NCBI GenBank assembly: GCA_965249575.1
Contig: OZ252244.1
Coordinates: forward strand, 288,001 to 352,000
Source of the DNA: Gemmatimonadales bacterium
Lineage (GTDB): Bacteria; Gemmatimonadota; Gemmatimonadetes; Gemmatimonadales; GWC2-71-9
DNA: 64,000 nt
Direction: 5' to 3'
Below, piece by piece: positions 39,861 through 49,699 of this stretch. The notes under the pieces were generated by a model, which searched no databases, was not told the origin of the DNA, and was given only the letters and a program-made list of their open reading frames with translations. The stretch's first letter is position 1, and each line of letters opens with the position of its first letter. The translations under genes and the position numbers were made by a program.

Positions 39861-41839
39861 GCGCCAGCTGGCTCGGCGGGAGGCGTCCCGAGGATTGGAC
39901 CGGGCCCACCGGCAGGGGCGGCGTCGACCTGTGTCTTCTCATCGGCGGGCTCAGGCGCTGCCGACGGCACAAGCGGTGGCAGGTCCTTCCCGCTCACAAC
40001 AAGCCGGACATCGTCCCGCTCGAGCGTTTCCCGCTCGAGCAACGCGGCGGCCATGCGGTGCAGGATGTCCATGTTGGATTCCAGGAGCTTGCGCGCTAGC
40101 TTGAACGCCTCGCTGAGAATTCTCTTGACCTCCTGATCGACCAACTCGGCGGTCTTCTCGGACACCTCGTGGCGCTGAGTGATTTCACGACCCAAAAAGA
40201 TCTGCTGCTCGCGATCTCCGACGGCGATGGGTCCCACCACGTCGCTCATCCCGAACTGAGTCACCATACGGCGGGCCATCTCGGTGGCCTGCTGAATGTC
40301 CTGCGCCGCACCGGTGGTGACCTTCTCCGGCCCAAATATCAACTCCTCGGCCACCCGCCCGCCGTACGCCATGGCCAACCGCCCGAGGATGTACTCCTTG
40401 GTGTAGTTGTGCCGGTCCTCCTCGGGCAGCGAAAACGTGATCCCGAGCGCCTGGCCCCGCGGTACGATCGTTACTTTGTGCACCGGGTCCAGACCGGGAA
40501 TCTTCACGCTCACGAGCGCATGTCCCGCCTCGTGATACGCCGTGAGCTTCCTCTCCTCGTCCGAGAGGACGAGGCTCCTGCGTTCGACGCCGAGCATGAC
40601 CTTGTCCTTGGCATCGTCCAGATCCGCCATCTCTACACGCTGCTTGTTTCGGCGCGCCGCCAGGAGCGCCGCCTCGTTCACGATGTTGGCCAGATCGGCG
40701 CCGGCCAAGCCCGGAGTCGCCTTGGCGACGATGTCGAGCTTCACGTCCTCTGCTAGTGGTATTTTTCGAGCATGCACCTTGAGGATCATCTCACGTCCCC
40801 GCACGTCTGGCATGTCGACGACGACCTGCCGGTCGAAACGGCCCGGGCGCAGGAGCGCGGGATCGAGCACGTCGGGGCGGTTGGTCGCAGCGATCAATAT
40901 CACGCCTTCGTTCGACTCGAACCCATCCATTTCGACCAGGAGCTGGTTCAACGTCTGCTCACGCTCGTCGTGCCCGCCCCCAACGCCTGCGCCCCGGTGC
41001 CGGCCAACGGCGTCGATCTCGTCAATGAAGATGATGCAGGGAGCGTGTGCTTTGCCCTGCTCGAACAAGTCGCGCACGCGCGAGGCGCCCACGCCGACGA
41101 ACATCTCCACGAAATCGGAGCCCGACATGGAGAAAAAGGGCCGCGCCGCCTCGCCAGCGACCGCGCGCGCGAGCAGGGTTTTGCCCGTGCCCGGGGGGCC
41201 CACCAAGAGCACGCCCTTGGGCAAGCGTCCCCCCAGTCGCTGGAATTTCTGGGGGTCCTTCAGAAACTCGATGATTTCCTCTAGCTCCACCTTGGCTTCG
41301 TCGGCTCCAGCGACGTCCGCGAACGTGATCTTGGGCGTGTCGCCGGTCAGCAACTTCGCCTTCGACTTGCCGAATGCGAAGGCGCGGTTTCCTCCCTGCT
41401 GGACTTGGCGGAAGAAGAACAGCCACAGGCCAATCAGAATGACCCAGGGAAGCAGTTGCAGGAACACGGCTCCGAAGGACGGCTTCGGCTCCTTGGCGTC
41501 GATCGGAATGCTCTTCTCCTCCAGCCGCTGCAGAAAGAGCTCGGAGTCTTGGATGGGAAGGACCACGCTGAACCGCTCGATTTGGCGCCCCTGCACCGCG
41601 ATTGGCGACTTGAACTCCCCTTTGACGAACTTCCCACTCGTGATCTCGATCTCGGCGATGTTCCCCCGCTCGAGTTCCCGCCCGAATGTCGAGTACGTGA
41701 CCTCCAAGAAGTCCTCACGCCCCGCGCCCACCATCTGATAGAACGCAATGGGGACGAGCACGATCAGGAGCCAAAACACCAGGTTCTTGCTGAGGGCACC
41801 CCAGCTGAACTTCCGATTGGGGGGTGGGCGTTCAGACAT
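39857..41839 (-). CDS. ftsH: ATP-dependent zinc metalloprotease FtsH
   Basis: Two TMs, [23 protein letters not shown]. Confidence 0.98.
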   Translation of the reverse strand: MSERPPPNRKFSWGALSKNLVFWLLIVLVPIAFYQMVGAGREDFLEVTYSTFGRELERGNIAEIEITSGKFVKGEFKSPIAVQGRQIERFSVVLPIQDSELFLQRLEEKSIPIDAKEPKPSFGAVFLQLLPWVILIGLWLFFFRQVQQGGNRAFAFGKSKAKLLTGDTPKITFADVAGADEAKVELEEIIEFLKDPQKFQRLGGRLPKGVLLVGPPGTGKTLLARAVAGEAARPFFSMSGSDFVEMFVGVGASRVRDLFEQGKAHAPCIIFIDEIDAVGRHRGAGVGGGHDEREQTLNQLLVEMDGFESNEGVILIAATNRPDVLDPALLRPGRFDRQVVVDMPDVRGREMILKVHARKIPLAEDVKLDIVAKATPGLAGADLANIVNEAALLAARRNKQRVEMADLDDAKDKVMLGVERRSLVLSDEERKLTAYHEAGHALVSVKIPGLDPVHKVTIVPRGQALGITFSLPEEDRHNYTKEYILGRLAMAYGGRVAEELIFGPEKVTTGAAQDIQQATEMARRMVTQFGMSDVVGPIAVGDREQQIFLGREITQRHEVSEKTAELVDQEVKRILSEAFKLARKLLESNMDILHRMAAALLERETLERDDVRLVVSGKDLPPLVPSAAPEPADEKTQVDAAPAGGPGPILGTPPAEPAGA

Positions 41840-41896
41840 GTAAACCTTCGAGTTCAGGAAACGGACTGATGGTGAGCAGGGGTCCGACGGCTCCTG

Positions 41897-43252
41897 TCAC
41901 GGACGGCGAGCTTCGATGCGCAGTGCGCTCTCGCCGGGCTCCGGCATCTCGTCGGCGGCGCGACAAACGCCTGGAATCCAGACGACGCGCTCGCCCCGCA
42001 CCACGAGTGGATACGTGCGCCGCTCGCTGCGTGGCACTCGCGCCTCCATTAGTACCCGGCTAACCCGCCGATGCCCCACTCCTCCGAGCGGAAACAACCG
42101 CTCCCCGGGCCGCATCGCTCGAATCTCGCCGGCCCCTCGAGAGACCCAGGTCACGGCCGCCGATCGCTCGGCAGCACCCGCAGTCTCCGGCCGCCACGAG
42201 AAGATCCAATCCTGCCATCGGGCCAAACCGGTTTCCCCCCCGCCCCACGCAACCGTCGGCGGTTCAGTAACCGTGGATGCAGGTCGAATGCGCAGCCGGT
42301 CAAACACGATCTCCGCCACCCAGCCATCCCGAAGCTCGAGCACGCGGCCGCTCGCGGACTCGACGGCGAACAACCGAAGCCGCTCGGCTGCCGGCCCACC
42401 CAGCCGGCACCCAACCTCGCGGGCAAGAGCACGCAAAATGGCCCCTGACAACACCTTATCATACGTTACCAGCGAGTCCCGAGCAACCTCGACAGCCCCG
42501 TTGACGCGCTGAAACCGGAGGCCGGGGAGCTGGCGCAGCACCCCCCGCCACGCCGCGCGATCGGCACCCGCCTCCTCGCCAACCAAGATCAGATTCCGGT
42601 CCACAGAGGCCACCCGCTCGCGGAGGAGGGGGAGCACGCGATGACGCAGCCAAGCGCGATCGTGACGGAGGTCGGAGTTCGACGGATCCTCATGGATCCC
42701 GACGGCGTCTCCTCCATCGGGAAAACGAAACCGCAACCATTCCTTCAACTCGTCGCGAGTGTACGGCAGCAGGGGGCGCACCAATCCGTCCGGCCCGGCC
42801 GAAAGAATGCCAGCCAGCCCTGCCGTACCGGTGCCACGAAGGACACGATACAGGATGGTCTCCGCCTGATCGTCCGCGTGGTGGGCGGTCACGAGGTACC
42901 GGGCGGCAAGCTGGGCCTGCATGGCCCGGAGCGCCCGATATCTGCCGGTCCGCGCCCGGGTCTCGGACGTGGCCGGTCCGAGACCGAGGGTCTCCTGGTA
43001 GGCCCCGACTCCGCACCGGCCCGCGAATTCTGCCACTCGCTTCGCGATCCCATGGCTGTCGGGAGCAATTCCGTGGTCGACGTGCGCCACCGCAATCTCG
43101 AGCCCGAGCTTCGGGGCTACCACGCCCATGAGATCCAGCAAGGCGAGCGAATCGGGCCCGCTACTGACGGCGAGAAGCGCCAGACCTGACTCACGAAACA
43201 GGCCGCGTTCCCGGACGTGAAGCAGGAGGCGCTGGTCGAGATCACTCATCAT
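41897..43252 (-). CDS. tilS: tRNA(Ile)-lysidine synthase
   Basis: AVSSGPDS PP-loop, HVDHG, TAHHADDQAET, RPLL, EDPSN. Confidence 0.95.
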   Translation of the reverse strand: MMSDLDQRLLLHVRERGLFRESGLALLAVSSGPDSLALLDLMGVVAPKLGLEIAVAHVDHGIAPDSHGIAKRVAEFAGRCGVGAYQETLGLGPATSETRARTGRYRALRAMQAQLAARYLVTAHHADDQAETILYRVLRGTGTAGLAGILSAGPDGLVRPLLPYTRDELKEWLRFRFPDGGDAVGIHEDPSNSDLRHDRAWLRHRVLPLLRERVASVDRNLILVGEEAGADRAAWRGVLRQLPGLRFQRVNGAVEVARDSLVTYDKVLSGAILRALAREVGCRLGGPAAERLRLFAVESASGRVLELRDGWVAEIVFDRLRIRPASTVTEPPTVAWGGGETGLARWQDWIFSWRPETAGAAERSAAVTWVSRGAGEIRAMRPGERLFPLGGVGHRRVSRVLMEARVPRSERRTYPLVVRGERVVWIPGVCRAADEMPEPGESALRIEARRP

Positions 43253-43373
43253 GTGTTGAAAGATACGCAAACCCGCCGGTGGGATCACGGCACGGGTGTG
43301 GCGGTGGACTCGGCCAGCGTCCGATGGAACTGACCGGCCGGACCCTTTGCCCCAGGCTGTGCGGAGGGTCTCC

Positions 43374-43844
43374 TTAGGTCGGCCCAGCCCTGTCGGCGGC
43401 GCGCTTGCGCGCCTCCGCTAAGAACCCGGGCGCGAGCTCGAGTAGCTGCGAGATCTTGCGCATCAGGTACGTCTCGTGTTTCGCCACGACACCGTCGGCG
43501 TGGACCAACCCCCACATGACTTCGGCGAGGACCATCTTCTGGCTGGCGTCGTAGCTCCGAGCTATGAGCGACGTGAACTGAAACAGATCGACGCCATCGC
43601 GCCGCTCGCGCTCCGCGAGCACGATGAGCTCCCGTGCCGCGTCGCCTCGCACGGCGAATTGCCGTTCGAGGACTCCCTCGATGTGCTCCCGCTCGGCGTC
43701 CGTGAATTCCTTGTCAGCGTGGGCCAGCTCGAGGAGCAGCGCACAGGCGGCCACCCGCATGCGCTGGGACTCGTCCGGAGCCTGGGTCTCCACCGGCTCC
43801 GGCTCCATTTCGCTTCGAAAGAAGGCCTTGATGGCCTCCAGCAT
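43374..43844 (-). CDS. TerB-family protein
   Basis: ALLLELAHAD..F...E, DLFQFTSLI, ADGVVAKHE...RKISQLL. Confidence 0.85.
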   Translation of the reverse strand: MLEAIKAFFRSEMEPEPVETQAPDESQRMRVAACALLLELAHADKEFTDAEREHIEGVLERQFAVRGDAARELIVLAERERRDGVDLFQFTSLIARSYDASQKMVLAEVMWGLVHADGVVAKHETYLMRKISQLLELAPGFLAEARKRAADRAGPT

Positions 43845-43895
43845 CGGCGCTCCTGGGGCGTTACGGTTCGGAATGTGCGGGCGGGTTACCAATAC

Positions 43896-44447
43896 TCAGG
43901 GCGTTCCCTCGTTGTACACAGCGGGGATGGGATTGCCGGGCCCCTCCGCCTGCCAGAAGATATTGATGATCCACCAGCGCGCGCCGTCCTTGAGGAGTTG
44001 AAAGCTATTGATTCCCCGTGCGAACGGCTCGGGATCGTTGGGCGCGGATCGGGATTCATACGTGCTGAACGAGTGCGCGATGTTCCCGAACCGCTCCGTC
44101 CGTCGGGCGACTTCGACCTCGTAAAATGGCGAGTCTGCAAAGAACCGCTCCGCGCCCTCGATCCAGCCGTCCAGGGTAGTAATACGCGCAACGGCTCCGC
44201 TTCCATCCGGCCGGGGACCCGCGGGAATCAGTCGAGCGCCCGGGTAGAACAACGATCGCATGCGATCCCAGTCGCGCTGAGCACCGCGGGGCCCCGAGAT
44301 CACGTCGTACACGGCCGTCAGGATCGCACCCACCGACTCGACGTCTGCCGGGTTGGCCGCCGGCACCCCGGCCGGCTCCTGCGCGAGCATCGGCGGGCCG
44401 GTCAGCGCCGCGGCCAGCATCCACGCACTACATGACCTTCCCCTCAT
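43896..44447 (-). CDS. Secreted NTF2/SnoaL-like hypothetical protein
   Basis: Signal peptide; YDVISGP..RDWDRMRSLF, FGNIAHSFSTYE, RGINSFQL. Confidence 0.75.
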   Translation of the reverse strand: MRGRSCSAWMLAAALTGPPMLAQEPAGVPAANPADVESVGAILTAVYDVISGPRGAQRDWDRMRSLFYPGARLIPAGPRPDGSGAVARITTLDGWIEGAERFFADSPFYEVEVARRTERFGNIAHSFSTYESRSAPNDPEPFARGINSFQLLKDGARWWIINIFWQAEGPGNPIPAVYNEGTP

Positions 44448-44544
44448 CTTATTCCCTCCCCACTCCCACCAACTCGATTGACGCCGAGGCGCGGAAGTCG
44501 GCGTGTGTGTACGGGATCGGACCGAAAAGCCCCAGTGCAGGACT

Positions 44545-44946
44545 TCACGGAGTCATGTATCGAACGTGCCCGCTGTCCGTCAACATGACCATGCTCGGGG
44601 TACCGTCGGTCGGAACCCCCATGACGGCTCGCACGTTCCCACCCTGGTCCCCGAAGACCAGAGCGGGGACCCCCTCTGGTGTCACCTGTAGCGCTGCGCG
44701 CAGGGTCCCGTTCCCATCGGTGAGCAGGAGCCCGGGCGCCCCACTTTCCGACGTGCCCAAGGACCCTCTGACCTGTCCTCCCGACTCCAAAATGAACGTC
44801 TCGGCCGTCACAGTCTGACGCGTCAAACGCGGGACGATCGCGAGTACGATCACCAGTGCCAGCACCCCCAGAAACTGGGCCGTGCGTCGTTTTTCGGCAC
44901 GCTCGAGCCGCTGCACCCGCTCGGCTAACCCCTGTGACTCCGGCAT
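44545..44946 (-). CDS. Hypothetical single-TM protein with beta-hairpin repeats
   Basis: Coiled coil, TM, then repeated GxVRxxLG...DGxPxL units. Confidence 0.65.
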   Translation of the reverse strand: MPESQGLAERVQRLERAEKRRTAQFLGVLALVIVLAIVPRLTRQTVTAETFILESGGQVRGSLGTSESGAPGLLLTDGNGTLRAALQVTPEGVPALVFGDQGGNVRAVMGVPTDGTPSMVMLTDSGHVRYMTP

Positions 44947-45028
44947 ATGGCAGCTACCTCCTCATATCTGCTTGTTTCGGTCCGGTGCGCCGGGACCGAT
45001 TGGCAACCTCCGCCGACACGAGTCGGCA

Positions 45029-46468
45029 TCACCTGGCGCGCGGCGGGCCGTGATCCCAATCCTGAGCACTCGAGATATTCGGCAGATTCCAGTCCCGACC
45101 GTCCCAACCGTCAAATCCGTTTAACCGAAACGCCCAGAAGCCGGTGTTGAGATCGGACACGACGATCAATCCATCGGCATTGCGGACATCCAACTCCATG
45201 GCACCGCTGAACACGCTGTTTCCGTAGAGCTGCTTTCCGCCGCTAAATCCGGTCTGGTGAGGGCATTCGCAGGTGTAGTACCAGCCCACCGTTTTCGGGT
45301 CGCTGGGGGTTTGTGCGTCGATGATCTGCAAACCGTCCTCGTACGCCGCCGCAAAAATGTAGGGCCACCGCACCTCGTGATTGTGGGAAAGGTCCCGCCA
45401 ATCAGCGATCCACGCCCCCACCGGGCGCCTGATGGTCGGGACTTCGCCCCGAAGGCCGGGTCCGAGGTCGAAGATCATGAGCGGCGAGAATTGATACTCC
45501 ATCTGCGTCACAGCATACCGCGCGTCCGGGGACGCAATGATCGTGTGACCCCGAATCACCCCGCCGAGGTTGGTGATGGACGTGAGGAGCTCGGGCTCTT
45601 CCGGTCGCGTCACGTCATAGACGTAGAACCCGCCGGTGCCGCCACCGTAGAATTTGTCCTGCCCGGTCGCTGGGTCGAAGGCGACGTATACGTCATGATA
45701 TGCCGACGTCGTGTTCTTCAGTGGGGTATCGGGATTGGGCACTTTGGCTATCAGGCCCAGGTCCGAATCGCCGGCAATGAACTTCTCCATGTCGTAGATC
45801 TTCGCGTGGGCCTGATCGCCGGAAAAGACGTTCCGCTGCGCTCCGAACAGGAGCGTGCGACTATCGGAGTGCTTGTACACGAAGAGGCTAATGAACCCGT
45901 CGGGAATGTCCGGCGCCCGGAGACGGCCGATCTCTCGCACTTGCGACGCACCCGGGAGCCCCGTCACGTCGAAGATGATCGCCCCCTCGTCGGATCCGAG
46001 CGTGCCGCGGGCAAACACCGTCGACTTGGCGTAGTAGTACCGGCTTCCGATCTTGAAGTACTTACCCGTCTCGCCGCGCCCAATCACCCGAAGCTCAGGC
46101 TCTTCGATCGTCCAGGTGTAGATGACCTCCGGCTGCCGAGGATCGGCCACATCGATCACGATGAACCCAGATTTGTCGCGCCAGCGCGGGATGTACACGT
46201 ACGGCCGCGACATTTCCTGCTCGATATCGATTCCCGCCGTGTAGAAATACCCGTCTAGCGGCAGGTTGGAGAGTCGTTCGACGTTGGGGCTCCCGCCCAG
46301 CTTGATGGTGGCGGTCTGTGCCGTTGCAGCACCCATCGGACTCCCCAGGGCCACCACGCAGGCCACAACACCCCACCGCCACACCAATTGGAGCGCGATC
46401 ATGCCGCCGCCGCGGGACGAGCCCAGTCCGACAAGTTGCGCGTGCACCGTCGACAGTTGTCGTCTCAC
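45029..46468 (-). CDS. Secreted LVIVD-type beta-propeller protein, paralogue 1 (CxCxH subtype)
   Basis: Signal peptide, FIVIDVADP / FYVYDVTRP / LQIID repeats, shared C-terminal WDG..W..PNISSAQDWD; alternative start 46402. Confidence 0.82.
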   Translation of the reverse strand: MRRQLSTVHAQLVGLGSSRGGGMIALQLVWRWGVVACVVALGSPMGAATAQTATIKLGGSPNVERLSNLPLDGYFYTAGIDIEQEMSRPYVYIPRWRDKSGFIVIDVADPRQPEVIYTWTIEEPELRVIGRGETGKYFKIGSRYYYAKSTVFARGTLGSDEGAIIFDVTGLPGASQVREIGRLRAPDIPDGFISLFVYKHSDSRTLLFGAQRNVFSGDQAHAKIYDMEKFIAGDSDLGLIAKVPNPDTPLKNTTSAYHDVYVAFDPATGQDKFYGGGTGGFYVYDVTRPEEPELLTSITNLGGVIRGHTIIASPDARYAVTQMEYQFSPLMIFDLGPGLRGEVPTIRRPVGAWIADWRDLSHNHEVRWPYIFAAAYEDGLQIIDAQTPSDPKTVGWYYTCECPHQTGFSGGKQLYGNSVFSGAMELDVRNADGLIVVSDLNTGFWAFRLNGFDGWDGRDWNLPNISSAQDWDHGPPRAR

Positions 46469-47928
46469 CTGCTCCCCCCCTTCGTCGCGTTCTTCAGAGC
46501 TCGTTGGCTCAGGCGCTGGCCCGTCGCAGCCTCATTCGGTCCAGCATCCCAGTCCTGCGCACTTGAGACGTTTGGCACGCCCCAGTCCTGTCCGTTCCAA
46601 CCGTCAAAGCCGTCCAACTCGATCGCCCACAGTCCGGTCACCATGTCACCGACAACAATCAGTCCGTCTGCGTTCCGAATATCGACGCCCCAGGCTCCAG
46701 AGAGCACGCCGCCGCTCCCCTCCGGCCCAATGGTAGGCTCGTACTGGCCCGCAGCACCGATGCCGGCGCGATGAGGTCCATCGTACGTGTCGTAGTAACC
46801 CACCGTATAGGGATTGGATGGATCCATGATGTTGAAGATCTGCAAGCCATCTTCGTACGCGGACACGAACACATACGGCCAGCGGATCTCGTGATTGTGC
46901 GGCAGGCCCTTCCAGCGAGCGGTCCATGCCCCAATGGGCCGGGTCACGCTCTCGACTTCGCCGTCGAGACCCGGCTTGAGATCGAATATTCTGAGCGGTG
47001 CGTACTGATACTCCGTTTCGGTCACCAGGTAGCGGCCGTCGGGCGTGGGGGTGGCGGTGTGGCCCCGTCCAAACGCCGACTGAATCGCTGGATAACCCAC
47101 CGTGACCGAAGTGATCAGGCTGGGTTCTTCGGGGCGTGTAACGTCGATGATGAAGTATCCGCCCGGCTGGGCCCCACCGTAGAACTTGTCCTGCCGTGCG
47201 GCGGGATCGTATGCGACATAGAAGTCATGATAGCGACCCGTTGCCCCTGGGACGCCAACCCGTCCAACGGCGCCGAGGTCGGCGGCGCCACTCACCAGCC
47301 GCTCCATGTCGTGGATGTTGGCGTAGGTACCACTCAGCGTGGTGGTGAACAGGAGCGCCCGCCCGTCGGAGTGCTTGTAGGCGAAAACGTTGTGGAAACC
47401 TCCCGGCATCGCCCCAATGGCCGATCGGGGCGCCCGGATCCGCGCGACTTCCCGGACCGCCATCGGATCGGGCAGGCCGGTCACGTCGAACACGATCGCG
47501 CCCAAGTCGGCGTCGGGACCGCCCTGGAGAAACTGAAAAGCCTGAACGTAGTAATACCGTCCGCTGACCTTGGCGTATTTGCCGTCGACTCCCCCGTAAC
47601 CCACGTGCAGCTCCGGTTCATCGATCCGCCACCTGTATATGACCTCGGGCCGCTCGATGTCCGACAGATCGATGGCCGCGAACCCGGCCTGTTTGGTCGC
47701 CCCATGCATCCGGGACACGTATGCGAACGGACGTGAGCGCTCCTGCTCGATCTCAACGTCGGCCACGGTGAAGGCATGACCCAGGGGCACGTGCGCCGCC
47801 ACCCGCACATTGGAACTGCCCTGCCGGCCTGGCGGCGCTTGTCCACCCGCCGGACCGACGGCAGTTACGACCAACAGAACCCCGATCGCTGGTGCGAAGC
47901 CAGCATCTGGGCACCGTATGGGCTTCAT
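46465..47928 (-). CDS. Secreted LVIVD-type beta-propeller protein, paralogue 2
   Basis: Same family: GGFHNVF, YHDFYV, GHTATPTPDG, PHNHEIRWP. Confidence 0.85.
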   Translation of the reverse strand: MKPIRCPDAGFAPAIGVLLVVTAVGPAGGQAPPGRQGSSNVRVAAHVPLGHAFTVADVEIEQERSRPFAYVSRMHGATKQAGFAAIDLSDIERPEVIYRWRIDEPELHVGYGGVDGKYAKVSGRYYYVQAFQFLQGGPDADLGAIVFDVTGLPDPMAVREVARIRAPRSAIGAMPGGFHNVFAYKHSDGRALLFTTTLSGTYANIHDMERLVSGAADLGAVGRVGVPGATGRYHDFYVAYDPAARQDKFYGGAQPGGYFIIDVTRPEEPSLITSVTVGYPAIQSAFGRGHTATPTPDGRYLVTETEYQYAPLRIFDLKPGLDGEVESVTRPIGAWTARWKGLPHNHEIRWPYVFVSAYEDGLQIFNIMDPSNPYTVGYYDTYDGPHRAGIGAAGQYEPTIGPEGSGGVLSGAWGVDIRNADGLIVVGDMVTGLWAIELDGFDGWNGQDWGVPNVSSAQDWDAGPNEAATGQRLSQRALKNATKGGSR

Positions 47929-48006
47929 GTGCGGACTCCGGGCTGTGGGAGGTGTGCGGTGCGTCGTGGGTCGTGAGTCAGTGAACGACTCCCCACGCAC
48001 GACTCG

Positions 48007-49419
48007 CTACTCACTGGGTCTCATGCTCACCCTCGCCGGCGCCGGCGCCCCGTCGGGACCGTTGTCCCAATCCTGAACGCTCGAGACGTTCGGCATGCCC
48101 CACTGGTGGCCATTCCAGCCATCGAAGCCGTCCATCTTGAATGCCCAGAACCCCGTGGTGAAGTCACTCGCTACGATGACCCCATCGGCGTTTCGGACGT
48201 CCACTCCCCACGCTCCGTTGAACGTAGTCTCCGGCTTGGACAATTCGCCATCGGGCCCGTCCCACGTGTCATAAAAGCCCACGGTATACGGATCGGTCGG
48301 ATCCATCATGTTGAACACCTGCAACCCGTCGTCTAGAGCGGCCACGAACACGTACGGCCAGCGCACCTCGTGGTTGTGTGAGAAGTTCTTCCAGTTCGCG
48401 GTCCACGCGCCGATGGGACGCGAAATATTCTGCACTTCACCGTCGAGTCCCGGCTTGAGATCGAAGATGCGCAGCGGAGCCAGCCGATACTCCACCTCCG
48501 CCACGGCGTAACGCCCATCCGGACTCGGCGTGAACGTGTGGCCAAAGCTGATCCCGGCGATGCCGGTCAGTGACGTGAGCAACCTGGGCGCATCCAAGTT
48601 GGAGATGTCGTATACGTAATAGCCGCCCGCTCCGCCGCCGTAGAATCGATCTTGCCGCGTTGCCGGGTCGTATCCCACGTAGAAATCGTGGTATCCGCGG
48701 CCGCTCGGGTTTTCCGGAATCGGGACGCGGCCGACCAGCCCCTGTTGGGCTCCCCCACTCACCACCCGCTCCACGTCGTAGACGTTCGCGTGGGGAGCAG
48801 AGACAGTCGCCAGGAGGAGCGCCCGCCCATCCGAATGCTTATAGGCAAAGATGTTGTGGAACCCCCCTGGGGTCTCGGGCGCCCGGATGCGGGCGACTTC
48901 CTTGACCGTGGTCGGATCCGGGAGTCCAGTCACGTCGAATACGATCGCCCCGAGATCGTTGTCCGGGCCGCCGCTGCGGAACTGGAACGACTGAATGTCG
49001 TAGTAGCGGCCTCGGATCTTGACGTACTTGTTGTCCAGCGCCCCGGGCCCCTGATGAAGCATCGGGTTCTCGACGGTCCACTCGTAGAGGACCTCCGCTT
49101 TTGTTGGCTCTTTGATCGTGATGATGTGAAAGCCGGAGGGGGCAAACCGGTGAGCCAGGTACACGTAGGGCCGCGACAACTCCTGTTCCATCTCGATATC
49201 CGACGTCCTCCGACCGAGACCCATGATGTCGCCACTCTGGTATTCGGAGCCGGCAACGGGCCGGGCACCACCCAGGGGAACATGCGAGAGAATCGTCATG
49301 TTCCGGCTCCCCTGCTCGCCGGGCGCGTGCTGTGCGGCAAGTGGGCCGCCGGCCAAGTGGAGTACGAGCAGCATCAGGACGCTGCACCCCACCCAAACAC
49401 CAGTTCGCTGGTACGTCAT
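48007..49419 (-). CDS. Secreted LVIVD-type beta-propeller protein, paralogue 3
   Basis: Same family; GGAG RBS before ATG 49419. Confidence 0.85.
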   Translation of the reverse strand: MTYQRTGVWVGCSVLMLLVLHLAGGPLAAQHAPGEQGSRNMTILSHVPLGGARPVAGSEYQSGDIMGLGRRTSDIEMEQELSRPYVYLAHRFAPSGFHIITIKEPTKAEVLYEWTVENPMLHQGPGALDNKYVKIRGRYYDIQSFQFRSGGPDNDLGAIVFDVTGLPDPTTVKEVARIRAPETPGGFHNIFAYKHSDGRALLLATVSAPHANVYDVERVVSGGAQQGLVGRVPIPENPSGRGYHDFYVGYDPATRQDRFYGGGAGGYYVYDISNLDAPRLLTSLTGIAGISFGHTFTPSPDGRYAVAEVEYRLAPLRIFDLKPGLDGEVQNISRPIGAWTANWKNFSHNHEVRWPYVFVAALDDGLQVFNMMDPTDPYTVGFYDTWDGPDGELSKPETTFNGAWGVDVRNADGVIVASDFTTGFWAFKMDGFDGWNGHQWGMPNVSSVQDWDNGPDGAPAPARVSMRPSE

Positions 49420-49699
49420 GGTTTGCCATCTCCCCAAAAGAATGTGGCTTTGCGTCCCCGCTGCAGCGGGTCCGCGTTCCAATGGTCCGACGTCGCTGCG
49501 CCAATATGCGGGCGCTCACGGCCCGCGGCAACACGAGCGAGAGGCCACCCATCCATAATCGCCAACCCGGCGAGGAGTCCCGATTCCGCTGCCCACCGCC
49601 AGGTGCGGTGTGAGGAGACGGCCGTGCGCACAGCGACATTCGGGACGTGGAACGAGGTGCCCTCCTCTTCGGGGGGGAGAATGCGAGGACGGCCCCGAC

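Noticed and set aside
40542..41738. Long plus-strand ORFs antisense to ftsH (and similar ones at 21055-22479, 8717-9835, 2750-3748)
   Set aside because: Typical stop-poor antisense frames of high-GC coding DNA with no recognisable motifs.
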